Shown here: in pieces, positions 1-13,638 of the stretch
Numbering within the stretch: the first letter of the stretch is position 1
Layout: every line of letters begins with the position of its first letter
NCBI RefSeq assembly: GCF_002105155.1
Contig: NW_019028981.1
Coordinates: forward strand, 558,001 to 622,000
DNA: 64,000 nucleotides
Reading direction: 5' to 3'
Source: Lobosporangium transversale
Lineage: Eukaryota
The notes under the pieces: model-generated
The model's database searches: none
Seen by the model: only the letters and a program-made list of their open reading frames with translations
What the model was told of the DNA's origin: nothing
Made by a program: the position numbers and the translations under genes

Positions 1-36
1 ATTTTATTCTTTTTTTTTTTTTTTTTTTTTTTTTAG

Positions 37-1322
37 GTACACATCATACCAAGGCAATGCTCCTCTTCTATCGAGATGACACAATGCAAGTTGTCGTACA
101 TACAGCCAATATGATTGAGCAGGACTGGAGGTAAAAAAATACATATATATTTATATATATTGATTTGTCATATTTAACAGATTCACCATATTCTTGCTAT
201 TTTTGTTCACCGACATTTTCGCTTTTTTTTTTTTTTTTAATTTCATAGAAATAAGACTCAGGCCGTGTTTTCAACAGGACGCCTTCCGAGAAAGCCACAA
301 CAAGCCTCGACTTGTGCATTTGAACGCGATTTGATAGAGTATTTGCAATACTACCAAGATCATCATGAGTTCACAAGGAAGCTCTCACAGTACGACTTTT
401 CGAGAGTTAAAGGAGTTTTGATTGGATCAGTCCCTGGGAAGTTTTCGGGGCCTGACAAGAACAAGTGGGGTCATTTAAGGCTACGCTCTGTTTTGAGACA
501 ACAGGTTGAGATCTCTCAAGGACGGTTGAATGATTCCGAGGTTATCTGCCAGGTAATAAAAAAAAATAAAAAAAAAGAATTGCTCGTAAAAGGATTATCA
601 ATAGACTGAATCCATAATCCTAATCTAACATTCCTACTCTTCTTTTTATAAAAAATAACAAAAAAAAAGGTATCAAGCGTGGGATCATTAGGTAAAGAGT
701 CCCAAGACTGGCTGCAGGGAGAGTTTGAGACGAGTCTAAATGCTCATCGTAACGCGAATCACATGAATCCTACAAAAGCAAATCTTTGTATAGTTTATCC
801 AACAGCGGAAAATGTTCGTATGAGGTAAAAAGAAAAGAAAAGAAAGACGCGTTTTGGGCTCATAAATGTAATAACCCATGGGGCACATATTTTATGATTC
901 GCGTTCATTTCAGTCCTAATCATGCTGTTATTGCTATAGTTTCGAAGGATGGACAATGGGGGGTAGTCTACCATTTAGGTCTACAAGTTACAAAAAGCAG
1001 GCTCACTACTTTAAGCCACTTTTACACTCCTGGAAAGCGGTCAAGAGTGGTCGTGAACGAGCTATGCCTCATATTAAAACATTTACACGAGTGACTAGAA
1101 AGGAAAATGACGGCGATTATTTATCTTGGTTCCTCCTCACGAGCGCTAACCTTTCAAAGCCAGCTTGGGGCGAAATGAAGTCCAATTCTGTTTTCTCGAT
1201 TCAGAGCTATGAACTAGGAGTCTTAGTCTTTCCTGGTCTCTATGAGGTAAAATATGAAATGGCTGAAAGTGAAAAAAAAAAAAAAAAAAAAAAAAAAATT
1301 GCATGTCCTGTCTGACCTTCCT

Positions 1323-1355
<33 letters not shown>

Positions 1356-1655
1356 CGTGGATACATGTAGGATGTAAATGATGCAGGAGACCATCATCGT
1401 GCATTCTTAATGAACAAAACGTTAGATGACCCGTATCCTGAACCTCACTTTACCCATTTCACTGGGGGCGAAGAGACAGGAAAAGAAAAAGGATCTAATG
1501 AACAAAGTCAAATACAGCAAAAGATCAATGTTGTGCCAATTCGCTTACCATATGATCTACCACTGAAAAAGTATGATCACTCAATAGACCATGTTTGGCT
1601 TGCGGACAAGTACTTTCCGGGGCTGGACGACTTTGGGAACTCGCTTGGGATGTAA
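37..1655 (+). CDS. TDP1: Tyrosyl-DNA phosphodiesterase 1, 5' partial; exons 37-130, 249-552, 670-824, 940-1246, 1371-1655
   Basis: Spliced translation has both catalytic motifs (GTHHTKAM...HTANM and PHIKTF...LTSANLSKPAWG), plus SSVGSLG, VYPT, SYELGVL and PIRLPYDLP. GT-AG introns keep the frame. Confidence 0.93.
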
Positions 1656-2144
1656 AGGAAGAGACGAAGCAATTAATCTTCCCATCCTTCCTATCGACGA
1701 ACATCGACTGCTCGGACTTACTTGTAAAAAAAAAATAAAAAATAAAAAATAAATAATTTTTTTATTTTCATTTTTTTTTAGTCTTTTTTAACTGTATGTA
1801 TTATCGGTGTATTTCTTTTCCTTCTTAAGTACTTTGCGGATACATCATGTGGATGGAAATCATCTGGGCATCTTGAATGGTTCCCAACAGAAGAGTAACC
1901 ATGTACTCAAGGTTTGTAGTATGCAAGGTTCTGATTCCATCTGGAGTGTTACTTCAACAATGAAAACGATACGGTTTTTGTATCGGGCTTATAACAAGTG
2001 GAAGCAAGGCACATGTATATAACAAAGCGGCTCTAAACTGAAATTCAAGAAAAAGCTCAAATCTTCCCACAATCCACGCTGAGCTAGCTCAAAGGCGCTT
2101 GATGTGTAAAGTGAATGGATGGCCCAAGCCAAGAGGAGAAATTG

Positions 2145-2176
<32 letters not shown>

Positions 2177-2738
2177 GGGGTAAAAGAACCCAGTGTGACA
2201 AACACGTCAATGTTAGGCAAAACTCCCATCGAACTGTTTATCAACTGTGTTGTGTAGCAATGATAGCAATGCGAGAATGAAGAAGAAAGAAAGCATTGAA
2301 GGAAAACAAGTTCAGTCAGTCAACTGACAGCGTTGGAACGGAATAAATCGAATAATGGGTCTAGACACCCGCTCTCACGTCTTACATATGGAGAGTATCT
2401 GTAATAGAAAACTAAAATGGCTCTTAAGCTCGAGATGACTGCCTGTACATGCACCAATAAAGTACTGGTTGTTCATGGGAAAAAAAACGAAATTAATTAA
2501 ATGCCGACCGTTTTACATGCAATTTGTGTTCCAATCTCATAGTTTTTCACTTTTGACATTGGATATACACCAATGGTATATAATAATTTATGCACAAAAG
2601 ATTTCGACGGAGATGGAAGTAGCACAGATAAGCCTTTTCTTTGAAACTCTTTCTTTGAATTCAAGCACATGTTCACGAACTTGATTTCCATATTGAGCAG
2701 AGGCGAGTGCGGGGAAGTTGAGAGCAGGAATTAGTTGA

Positions 2739-2777
<39 letters not shown>

Positions 2778-4812
2778 ATCGCAGGAACCATTTAAAAACA
2801 AGCATTTGGGGCCCTCAAGGTTGAAGCGGGTTAATTCCAATGACTTGATGTATAAATGAGACTATTTCTTCTTGAGACGAGACGAGTGACAGAAATTTGA
2901 AAAATGTAATGAATTCGGGTGTGATAGGGTGCATTTGTACAAAGGTAAAAAGAAAAAAGAAGTCTGCTCATGTATTCTAACAGCCCATCAAATGAACAAA
3001 AGAACACAAAGATCACAAAGGAAGGAGTAGGAAGAGCTGCTGGCCAATAGGATTCACTCCTACGATAATATGCATATTTGTTTTGCGCTCAGGAATTCTT
3101 TTTTGTTTGTTCAATATGGGTGGTGTCTGCTTAATTTTTTTAAGCCCAATGAAAGGGGTCCAAATTAAACGATTAAACTAATAACTATATTCAAAGTTCG
3201 TCTTGAGAAAAAAAAAAGCGTGGCGTATGTCCGAAAAGATACATGTTGAGCGAGCGGAGAAAACTGTCTTAGATAGACGTTACAAGCTCATGTAAAAAAA
3301 AACAACTTTGGGTTGTTATTTAACCCTCAAATGCCAATATACACACGAGTAGTTTGGCGTTGACTAGGACACGGGGAATATTCCACAAACGAGAGCTTAA
3401 TGGGATATGGATTCTTCGTGTTTTTCCTCGTATGACTGAAAAACTTGGGAACTATAATAGTAGATGACAATAACACATCCTCATTAACAACAGTAATAAA
3501 AAACAGGATATGAGACAAAGGGCTGTCAAGATCCTTCTTCTGCTTTTCTATTCGAAATAGGCAAAAAAAAAAATAAAAAATAAAAAATAAAAAAGTAAAA
3601 GGAAGATAATAAACAACGGGTATAGTCAATCCTACGAAAACCGACCCTTTTCCCACATCATTGCAAAGCGGGTTACAACAACATGTCAGAAGCAGTACAT
3701 GCGTGTAGGTAGACACATGCATAAGATAATGAATATTGCTTTTGTTTATTTTTCAAAATGTTGCTTACCTGTTAGTGCAGCACCTTGTCTATCCCTGTGA
3801 AAAAGTGAAAACTAAAAGCTAAAAAAAAAAAAAAAAAAAAAAAAACATCCAATCGTAAGTGGCGAAACAATAAAGTGCTTTTTTATAATGTCAACGCTTC
3901 ATACGCTCTATCCTTTGCAAGATCAAAGGCTGTGGTCAATCGCCTCTTACCCCCGTTCTATCTTCCCTTGAATGTGTTAATGAATAAATAAATAAAAAAC
4001 ACAAGTTATCTTTGTGTAAAGGCACTCGGAGAAAACTGCTGCAGGGTAGAATGAAAGAAAGGAGTGGCCGTTTTGGTTTGTTTTCTTTCACTTGAGCTCT
4101 ATAATCGTGTGATCTTTTGATTCTAGCCAACCGTTATGCGTCCACGCTCCATGGGTTCGTTTTTCTCCAAGACGATGGTTGGCGAGGCAGAAGGCCAGAG
4201 CCAATCAAAATAAAAAAAGGCTTTGTTTAGTTCCCTTTTTCTGTGCATCAATGATGAGAAAAATTGTAAACATGTAATCAAAGAGAGCAACGCATGCAAG
4301 TAGCAAATAAAATAACAATATTTATCCCAGACGATCAGCTCAGAGAGTTTAGGAAATTGAATGAAATAAGCAAAAGATTTAAAGAAGTGAATGAAAGAAC
4401 GTTGTTTATGTTGAGCAAAAGTATAATGATGTTTTATGCTTCTCATGCACACAATCGAGACAGTTCACCGTTTTTGTACCATAGTGAAAAAAAATCCCTT
4501 TTAGGCACCCTTGGACATCATCTCGATCGTTTTAGCGTTCGCCCCACTTCTTCATCGGATAAACAAATAAAAAAGCGTGAGCGACCATCCTTCGCTTGTT
4601 TATATAAACCTCAAGCAACAGAGAGATTCTCTTTTCTTTTTTTTTCCCTCCTTGATTTGATTCCTCTATCCGAATCCTTGCTTTCCTATCCTTTTCATCC
4701 TTAACACCCTTTCCTCACTTCGTTTTCCTTATACCACACGGCTCATACCCCTTCAACAGGCGTCAAACCGAAGGATCTAGAGGAACAAAACATAGACCAA
4801 ATTATAAAGGAA

Positions 4813-7094
4813 ATGTCATCCGATCACATTGAGCATAAAAAAGATGCTCCTGTGCCTTTAGAGCATGGTGTCTCATATAACACCTCTGTTGAGACCCCCT
4901 CTCAAGAGAGTATTAATGAGAAGGGCGACGGCTTCTTCCAGCGTCGTCGGACCAACGAGGAGATGATCGATGAGGAGCTAGGTGGTCCCAAGAAAAATGC
5001 TCTTGTTGACCAGGAAGATAACAAGAAGGTCTTTGGGCTTCAGCAGAAGCGGTTTAGACTGATCTGGCATATCGTTGCTTGGCTGTGCTTCACAGGTACA
5101 GTGCTCTTTCATATTTTTTATTTGTTTCCTTACCTTTACCTCATCCCTTGATGTGAAGGCCATGGTTGGAAGAGAATACCTTTTTTTTTTATTTTTGCCT
5201 ATGAGTTCATCAATTTCTGATGAGTGGACAGCAGCAACAACAAAAAAAAAAAAAAAAAAAAAAAAGGCAAAGAATTATGAACTAGTCAGGACATCTATGC
5301 CGTGTGACTGAAAACAGAGCAGAGCAGTTCTAATCCAAGCGGTCTTTTTCTTTTAAGATATACTTGGAATAAGCATTTTTTTTTTTTGTCTTGCACAACA
5401 TGTCAGTGTTAATGACCATTTTCTAATGCTTTTCTCTTCATGCTTTGTTCTCATCCACACATCCATAAAGGCTGTGTATGGCCTGAAAATGAAACATTGC
5501 TGCATAAACTGTCTGATCCTGGGAAATATTGTTTTCTCACAGAGCCATATAAGACAGTAAGACTTACATACCCCATTTATTCCTTTCTTTGATGTCGCAT
5601 TTCTTAGCCTTCCTCATTGTCGCCATTGTCTTGAACAAGGGAAGCCCTATCTCGGTCTTGGCTGTCGCCTATGCCTTTGTCACCTTGTACTTGATCTCGG
5701 CCCATTCCCCTGACCGTTTCTTTGCTAGTCCCACTCACAAACTCTGGAATGCTGGAGCCGACGCTCTGGGCCATATGCCCCTCAAAATTCGTCAGATTGT
5801 TGGCTACGGCATTATCCCTATTGCGCTTATTTTGACTGCTGTCATCCCAGAGGATAACGAGAACGGTACTCGTGTTCAGCGCATCATCTCACTCTGCGGC
5901 TTGCTCTTCTTTATGCTCACTCTCTGGGCCACATCACGCAACCGTAAGCTTATCCACTGGCCCACAATCTGCACCGGCATTGGTGCTCAGTTCATACTGG
6001 GCCTCTTTGTCATCCGTACCTCTATTGGACAGACCATCTTCTCGTATATTGGAGGTTTTATGGCCAGTTTCTTGGGTTTCTCTTCCCACGGTATCAGCTT
6101 CATTGTGGGTGCGGACTTCATGAAGGCTTATGGATCAACTTTCTTGATCGGAGTCTTGCCTGCCATTATCTTCTTCGGCGCTGTCATCCAGGTCCTCTAC
6201 TATTATAATGTTATTCAAACCGCTATTGGCGCCATGGGCCGAATCATTGTCTACCTCTTCCAGGTCTCCGGAGTAGAGGTCGTTGCTGCCTGTGCTGCTC
6301 CATTTGTCGGAATGTCCGAGTCCGCCATGTTGGTTGGACCCTATCTCGAGAATGCGACCAATGCTGAGATCCATCAAGTCATGGCTTCTGGGTTCGCTAC
6401 CATTTCTGGATCTGTCTACTTGGGTCTCATTGGCTTTGGTGCTTCGCCCACCCACTTGATCACGTGCTGTATCATGTCCGTTCCTTGTGCTTTTGTCACC
6501 TCCAAGATGCGCTATCCCGAGGAGGAGGTACCATTAACCCGTGGCAAATCCATTGAATTGGAGCGTCCTGATGCTGAAGATTCATTTGTCCATGCTCTAG
6601 CCAACGGTTCCATCTTGGGAATGCAGCTCTGCATTGTCATTGCCGCCGTCTTGATTGGTTTCCTCTCGCTTTTGGGCTGTGCCAACTATGTCTTAAACTG
6701 GATCTTCCTCTTCTTGGGTGTGACCGACATCACAATTGAGCGTCTGTTAGGATACTTCTTTTACCCTATTGCTTGGATCCTGGGTATCCCAGCTGCAGAT
6801 GTGTACGCATCTTCTAAAATGATGGGCGTCAAGTTTGCATTGAATGAGTTTGTAGGCTTTGCAGCTGCCATGGAAAGCGGCTTCTTCAAGACTGCTTCGC
6901 TCCGTGCCCAACTCTTAGCTACGTTTGCCTGCTGCTCCTTCGCAAACCCCTCCTCTTTGGGATCTCAAATCTCACTATTGGGCAAGATGGCTCCTTCGCG
7001 CGCTGGAGACATTGCTCGTGTTTCTGTTTCAGCTATTCTTGCTGGTGCTCTGAGCACCATCATGTCCGCTTGCATTGCAGGCGTTGTTCTGTAA
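4813..7094 (+). CDS. Concentrative nucleoside transporter (CNT/SLC28 family); exons 4813-5095, 5608-7094
   Basis: Multi-TM protein with CNT motifs VLPAIIFF, EIHQVMASGFATISGSV, SKMRYPE, KFALNEFVGF and CSFAN. A phase-1 GT-AG intron joins the two ORFs in frame. Confidence 0.92.
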
Positions 7095-7362
7095 AGCTTT
7101 TTTTTTTTTTTTATTTTCCTTGCATCAACACCTTTTATTTACTATGCACATATTCTCCTTTTACTATTTTTACGAACGCTTAATTGGTATAATGGGGAGG
7201 GCCATCAATCGAGCTGTAATAAATATTAAGCGATCCCCACCCCCTCCCAAAATACCAACTCCATTCTTGTATAATTGGGATCGCTTTTATCAACTATTAA
7301 TTTCGGTTGTTGCTTCTGATGTTCTGATGTAGATAAAAACGTGCGCGTTATATCTATCACTT

Positions 7363-7394
<32 letters not shown>

Positions 7395-10300
7395 CATTTA
7401 TCGAATTGGGAAGCATCATTGTACGTCGATGATTACTGGTATGACTTGATCAGGCATTGGCGTAGACAGAGCACAATCAATACCTCGCGTCTCTGTGTTT
7501 TGTCTCATTCGTTTGGGCTGTAGAGCCATACTCTTTCTTTCTCTTTGTGCTTTAAGGAGCCTTAAAGCCCGTTTGGCTGTTTTCTTCCAGACAATGATGG
7601 CTGTGCTATTGACGTGACATGCCTACTTCCTTTTTTGCGCCATCAGGGGATGCTGCACCACAAAGATTAGTATCTCTTTGTTTCCACAATCCTCTTTTTT
7701 GAGATAAAGAATATTCTGAGCTTTCCTTTCATGCACTGTTCATGTGCATGGACAGGCATCTGTTCACATAGTGACTGTATTCTGATTAACTCACGCCCAA
7801 TATTCCACTTGACCACTAGACCACAAACGCATTTTTGCCCCTGAAATTTTATTGGACCCTCTGTGTCCGAATCACTTTTTTCTAATGGCTTTGTTCGGCT
7901 TGTGTGTTTAGTATGGCGATGGTGTTTAGGACGTTTCAAGAAGAAACAACTGTCTAATGGATGGAAGTAACGAATTAATAACAACAAATATAATAATAAT
8001 ATTTAATAAAGTAATACATGCAAGCGGGTTCCTTGAAAAACTTTTTCTTTTTCTTTTTTTGCCCACATGGCATGTTCGCATCTTTCCGACTTGAAAATAA
8101 ATTTAAGTAGGCCTTTTTCTATTCTGCTCTAACACATGCTAATAGAACAAATTGGCGTACTTCGCCTCACGCGTGTCACTCTTTGTCATTTAAAGTATTT
8201 AGTTTTTTTCCTTTCCATGTTGTCATTTGTAAATGTTTCAGTTGTTGTTCGAAAAATATATAAACATTGTGGAGAAGGATATATTTTAACGATAGCAGTA
8301 AAGTATACATGGCGACAAAATAGACAGGGGTCTTTGTCAACCATGAATGGACACCAATCTTTATTTTATAAAAATACATTGTTTACCAAAACAGATACAG
8401 AAAAAAAAAAGGTACTTCAATAAACTTGTATGTAGTCATTGCACATGTCTCCTGCTCTTTTTTGTGGATATGATTGAGCGGAATAGAAAAGAAAGTAGCA
8501 ATTACAAGGCGTACATGAGTATCGTATGGACTGAAGAAACATGCTGATCGGCGCGTTTAATGTTGACAACATTACAACAGTAACAACATATAACAAAGAG
8601 CTCATTCATAGCTGGTCCAAATGAGCTTGCCTTGGTTGTATATATTAAAGGCTTTCTTGATTTTCGATCTAAGAAGGATAAAAAAGAGTACTTGGTTGAT
8701 ATGCAGGTTGTTCGGCACGTTTTTTATCTTTTTTCTTTTTTTGAAGTTATAATTTAGAGGGAATATACTCAGAAATAGATAGTCAAAAGGAAGTTTTAGG
8801 AACTGGATGTGACCATGAACATTACCATAACTTACCTTTGTCTATTTGTTTTTTTTTTTTAGTCCAATGCCAAAGAGAGAAGAGAGTTTCCGTTCTTTTA
8901 TGGATTGGTTCTCGTTATTTGGCAATAAAGTAATAAACTGCCACAAAAAAGGAAGAAATTCATAGAACAGGGGAACAGGAATTACAATGTTGCAGATTTC
9001 ATAGTCGCAAATGGATTAATTTTTTTGCTTTTGGAGCATTCAAATGATTTTTTTTTTTTTTTTTTTGATTTGTGATGTCCAATGGTCTATAGTTTGCTTG
9101 ATTTTGTTTTGTTCGTTCTTTATCCCTGCGTGTATATATGCACTCCACCTTGTGATGGTCATATCTTTATCCAAAAGGTCAATAAAAAAAAAAAAAAAAC
9201 CTCACTCACAACGATCATCCTCATTTGTGTTACATAAAAATGGCCCTTCGGTCTATCCTTCCTCCATGGTTTTGTTGTTGGCCTCTACTCGGTCTTCCAT
9301 CACCACTCCCAACCCAGCAACTAACTTTGTTCCTTGAGCGCATGGAAGCTCATAGTAAAGTCTTGATTTTTCCAAATGATGTTACGCCAACCCTAATTAT
9401 AATTAATACGTTAGAAAAATACCTGCTATGGTTATAATAAAAACATGAAGGTCAATATCGACAAAGGAGCATGCCCAATTTAGATGCTCCCATGCCGATG
9501 CCAGATCAATGACCTATTTTTCTTTTTCTCCGAGGAAGAAAAAATGCAGTCCGTCCTTAACCACCTCCTTCCTTATTTTGATGATCCCTTTTCCCGTTTG
9601 CGTATTCTATGTATATTCCTAACAAAAAAGAAAGAAAAAAAGAAAGAAAGAAACGAAAAATAGATTGACGATCATACAGAAATATATAAACAATTGAGAT
9701 AGTATATGAAAACGAGAGAATCAAGGTAGAAGCCCTACATATTGGGGACGAATACTTATCACCGCTAACTCGATCCAAGTTCTGGGATTGTATATATTTC
9801 TAGCCCGGGGTCCTTGAAAAATGGCTCTGCTTCGCGCATCTTGTCATTCCAACATTCAGTTCTCTGTAATACAATCCACTGCTTGATTACTGATTGCTAT
9901 GTTTAAAAGGGCAAGGCCAAATTAGTTACGACTGTATCCCTTTTTTAAAAGATTAATCAAGATGAAGGACGCGTACATGCAAATTGAAGAAGGGTATTAC
10001 TGGCATGACGTGTCAGAATGCTCAAATTATCAGTGCTGGCATTGCTTACTGCATTTGCATCAGTGGATCAAAGTAAAAAAAACAGTAGCGGACGAAATGA
10101 AAACGAGATTGAAAGTGAGGAAAAAGTCTACCATAGTGGCAATTTTCGATCGTTATAGAAAATCATGGAAAAAATGCAACACGATGTTGCCTGGCTGGGT
10201 TTAGACTGTTTTCAACATGGTTGCTATGGGAGGGTGCAGGATTGATTTAATGATAATAAACGATAAAAGGCCAATAGCCGATGTAGTATATGTAGTATGA

Positions 10301-13300
10301 TTGACTAAGTGATCTATTTTTTTTTTATTTTTTTATTTTTTTTTCGGACCATGCACGCCCTTCTTCTGCCCAAAGCAATGTGCGCTTTGTTTGTTTTGTT
10401 TTGTTTTGTTTGTTTGCATTGATGCCGCTCTGATTTTATTTTTCACTTTTCTTACCTTTCCTCATGGAAAGTATAGCCCGTTTCATTTGGTCGCGATACC
10501 TTATATTTTTTGAATACTTTCGAGTGTATTGGCAGCCAATTAGCTCGCTTGTTACGAGTATTGTTGCAAGTCCGTCACGTAGTGAGATGCCACCAGAACA
10601 ATTCAATCATCGTTTTTAGATTAAAAATATAAGGTATCGTGACCAAATAAAATTGGCGATATAAAAACCACAACCTTGGTCTTTTTTTCTCTCTTTTCTT
10701 TCTCCCTCTTCTCTTCCTGCTCCTCACCTTGGTTGCTGACACATCATTAGCGTTCGCAATTAGCACATATACATTTACCGTGTTTTGCCTCATTCAAGTA
10801 TTATATCTCTAACCATCCAAGGTGTAAGTAACGGCATTGTGATTGGAGAATGTGCAGAATTTTAGAATCTCGCCATCTCAATATGGAATTTTTTTTTTAT
10901 ATGATGCGTTTGATAAAAGAAAAATCTATGTAACGCAGATCTCTCTCAATATTCATCCTTTCTTTAACCCACAACGTGTGTGGGTGCATATAAAAAATGC
11001 GATGCTCTCCAAAGGAATAAGAAATATCCTGGTGTGGGTTTGGCCCATGCCCCATCATACCCCTGTCGCTTATTGAAAAAATTCCCTCACAACATCCATG
11101 GACATCGAAGTTTATCAACGTTCCATCTATAAACACACTCCATCCTAAAAGTAACATTACAAAAACAATCAATGTTTATTTTTTTTTAGCTTCTGTTTCA
11201 AAATACCCTCCGCTCTTACCGAGAATCTTTGTACTGTGCTTGTGCGTTTTATATAAAAAAGCTACGAGAAGGGAGGATGGCAGTGAGACGTCTGCTATCG
11301 GGTGTTTGTCACTCTTTTGGATACTTGTTTTCATCACATGGGTTTGCTGTCTGAACGATTTCAGTTTTCATTGTTCAAAACAATGTGTCTGTCCAACAAA
11401 AGAAAGAAATGATCCAAGGATGGAGCAAGAGGAGGGAGGAGCCCTTTTAGTGCGCCATATCATCCTACTCAACCAAAAGCACAAAAACACAAAATGAAAA
11501 AGAGTCATGGTCTTCACGTTTTTCATTCCAATGGTTTGTCGCACGACCATGTGTTGATGGATTTGGGTCTGTTTGGTTCAACCAAACCAAACCAGACTTG
11601 GCATGCATGCATTTTCACAACCAATGTCAATACCTGTGCATGCGCATGCACGACCTCCCTTGGGATTAACATCATGGACGTACAAACCATCATTGTCATC
11701 TCCATGACAATCGATTACACTTAAATCCCTTAAACATGCTATTGGAAGCAAACATCTTCATGTAATTTAATAATCAATTGCAGTCCTTTTTATATACGTC
11801 AATATGCACTCGGTCCTGAATTATTTTTATTTGGATTTTTGGATAAAAAGATGCATTTGCTTCTCATTTTAGTCTTCTCACAGCATCTTGTAAACAAACA
11901 GGCACAAACACTTCACTTCTGAAAATATAGTAACTGACGGACGCTTTTCTCTTTCCCAATTACAGACACTTACGCCACTCATCAATCAAAGCTATCCTCC
12001 CCCTCTTTTATTAATCCAACGTTCGATTAAGTTATACCAAGGTAAATGAAATAACTTTCTTTCAACATGATATTTGTTTCTATACTATTCTTTGTGGTTG
12101 GTTACCATAGATAATCTTTGCAAAAACCAGCTTGCAAACCGATGTGATGTGGCTTTGCTGTTGCAATATACGCGCTTATCGTGAAAACACTCGCAGACAT
12201 CTGGGCAAACATGTGCAACTGGCTATACATGTTTGCCATATTCGTCTTCTCTCTTTAAATATGGCTCACAGGTGAAAGGCAAGAAAGAGTTTTTTTCCTT
12301 CCTCTTCTCCTGAAGCTGACTGCTTTTCAATGGCCCCAACTTTGGGAATGGATTCTTAATTATAAAAAGTGGGCGGAGCGCTCACACCATTGGCGTCTTC
12401 CGTGTTTTCTTATACTTTCATTTTATTGCATATCTTGACACCATTTTGTATTTTGATTCCTCTGCTGAATCCTCTGCATGCTGTTTTGGACGTGCTCCTA
12501 ATAACTTCGCCCATAAACAGAGGTCACCCTCCTCGTTTTGTGCTTCCCAATCTCTGACATTTTCATTCCTTCGCCTTTCATCTATACTTTGCACAACAGC
12601 CTGCCAAGGCATGGCAAAATATCCCCCGCAGCACCACAGCACCTAGCTTACACCCTATGTAAGTATGCCCGATGCAATAACCCTTCAGCCTTTGGCGCTT
12701 CGCTAATTTCAAATGACCTTTAATAGATATTTCTATGGAAACAACAAATGTGTGGGTGATGGCATAATGAGAAGAAGGGGCGCTTTATCACTTCACTGGA
12801 GGCATCAATCAGCATCATTATCGCTCTATGAACTACTGAGAATGATAAAAGCCATCCATATCCCTCCATTCCATTGTTTCGTCTTTGGTCTCCTTTTGTT
12901 GCATTTTTCCACTTGAAAACTGGTAATTTATTTAACTCTTATTCTCTTTCTCCATGCCATGTTATGCACGTCGTTGTACATCGTTGTGCATCCTTGCTTT
13001 AACGTGCGTTGTGGAATTCAAAAGGAAAAGGCAATAAGGTTTCTTCTCTTGCCCCTCAAAGTCAAGGCAAAGAGAAGCCTAAAGACTCTACCCCTAATTT
13101 GCAACCTCCTTTTTCCTTCATTCCTTCAGTACATCTGCACCATTCACCATCGACTCTTCCATTGCTTCCATTACAATCGTTGGCTATTTTTTTTTTTTTT
13201 AAACCCCTGTCCACAGTGTCACGTTTATATTTAATGTACAAGAGATAAAAATAATAACTTACCAATTATTATTATTATTATTTTTCCTTTTTCTTGACAT

Positions 13301-13638
13301 TCTAGTCTTGTCCTTATCGCTCATTTTCATTCTTCCCGCGATCGGTTTTTATTTAGTTCACCTAACTACACCTACCGCGATACCAACAAAGCCCATTTCT
13401 TTTTGCTGCCGCCACCAAAAAGGTAAAGACTCCTCGTTTTCTCCCATGTGCATGTGAAACTTATACGCCACCTCCTTGCTGAGAAATAGAGGGGGTTACA
13501 AAGATAATAGAGTGAGCATCCTTTTCATCAACTTACAACCAACCCTCTCCTTTTTTTTTTCTATTCTCATCCTCACAGATTTTCCATCAACTTTTTAATT
13601 AAACAGAAACAAACAACTACACTTTTTATTACCAGGGA

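Noticed and set aside
1825..2040. Minus-strand frame with Cys-TGA (possible selenocysteine read-through)
   Set aside because: No recognisable selenoprotein family, SECIS or convincing start; probably chance.
7100..13600. Many short ORFs in a 6.5-kb gene-free interval
   Set aside because: No recognisable domains or consistent exon chains; many ORFs arise from A/T runs.
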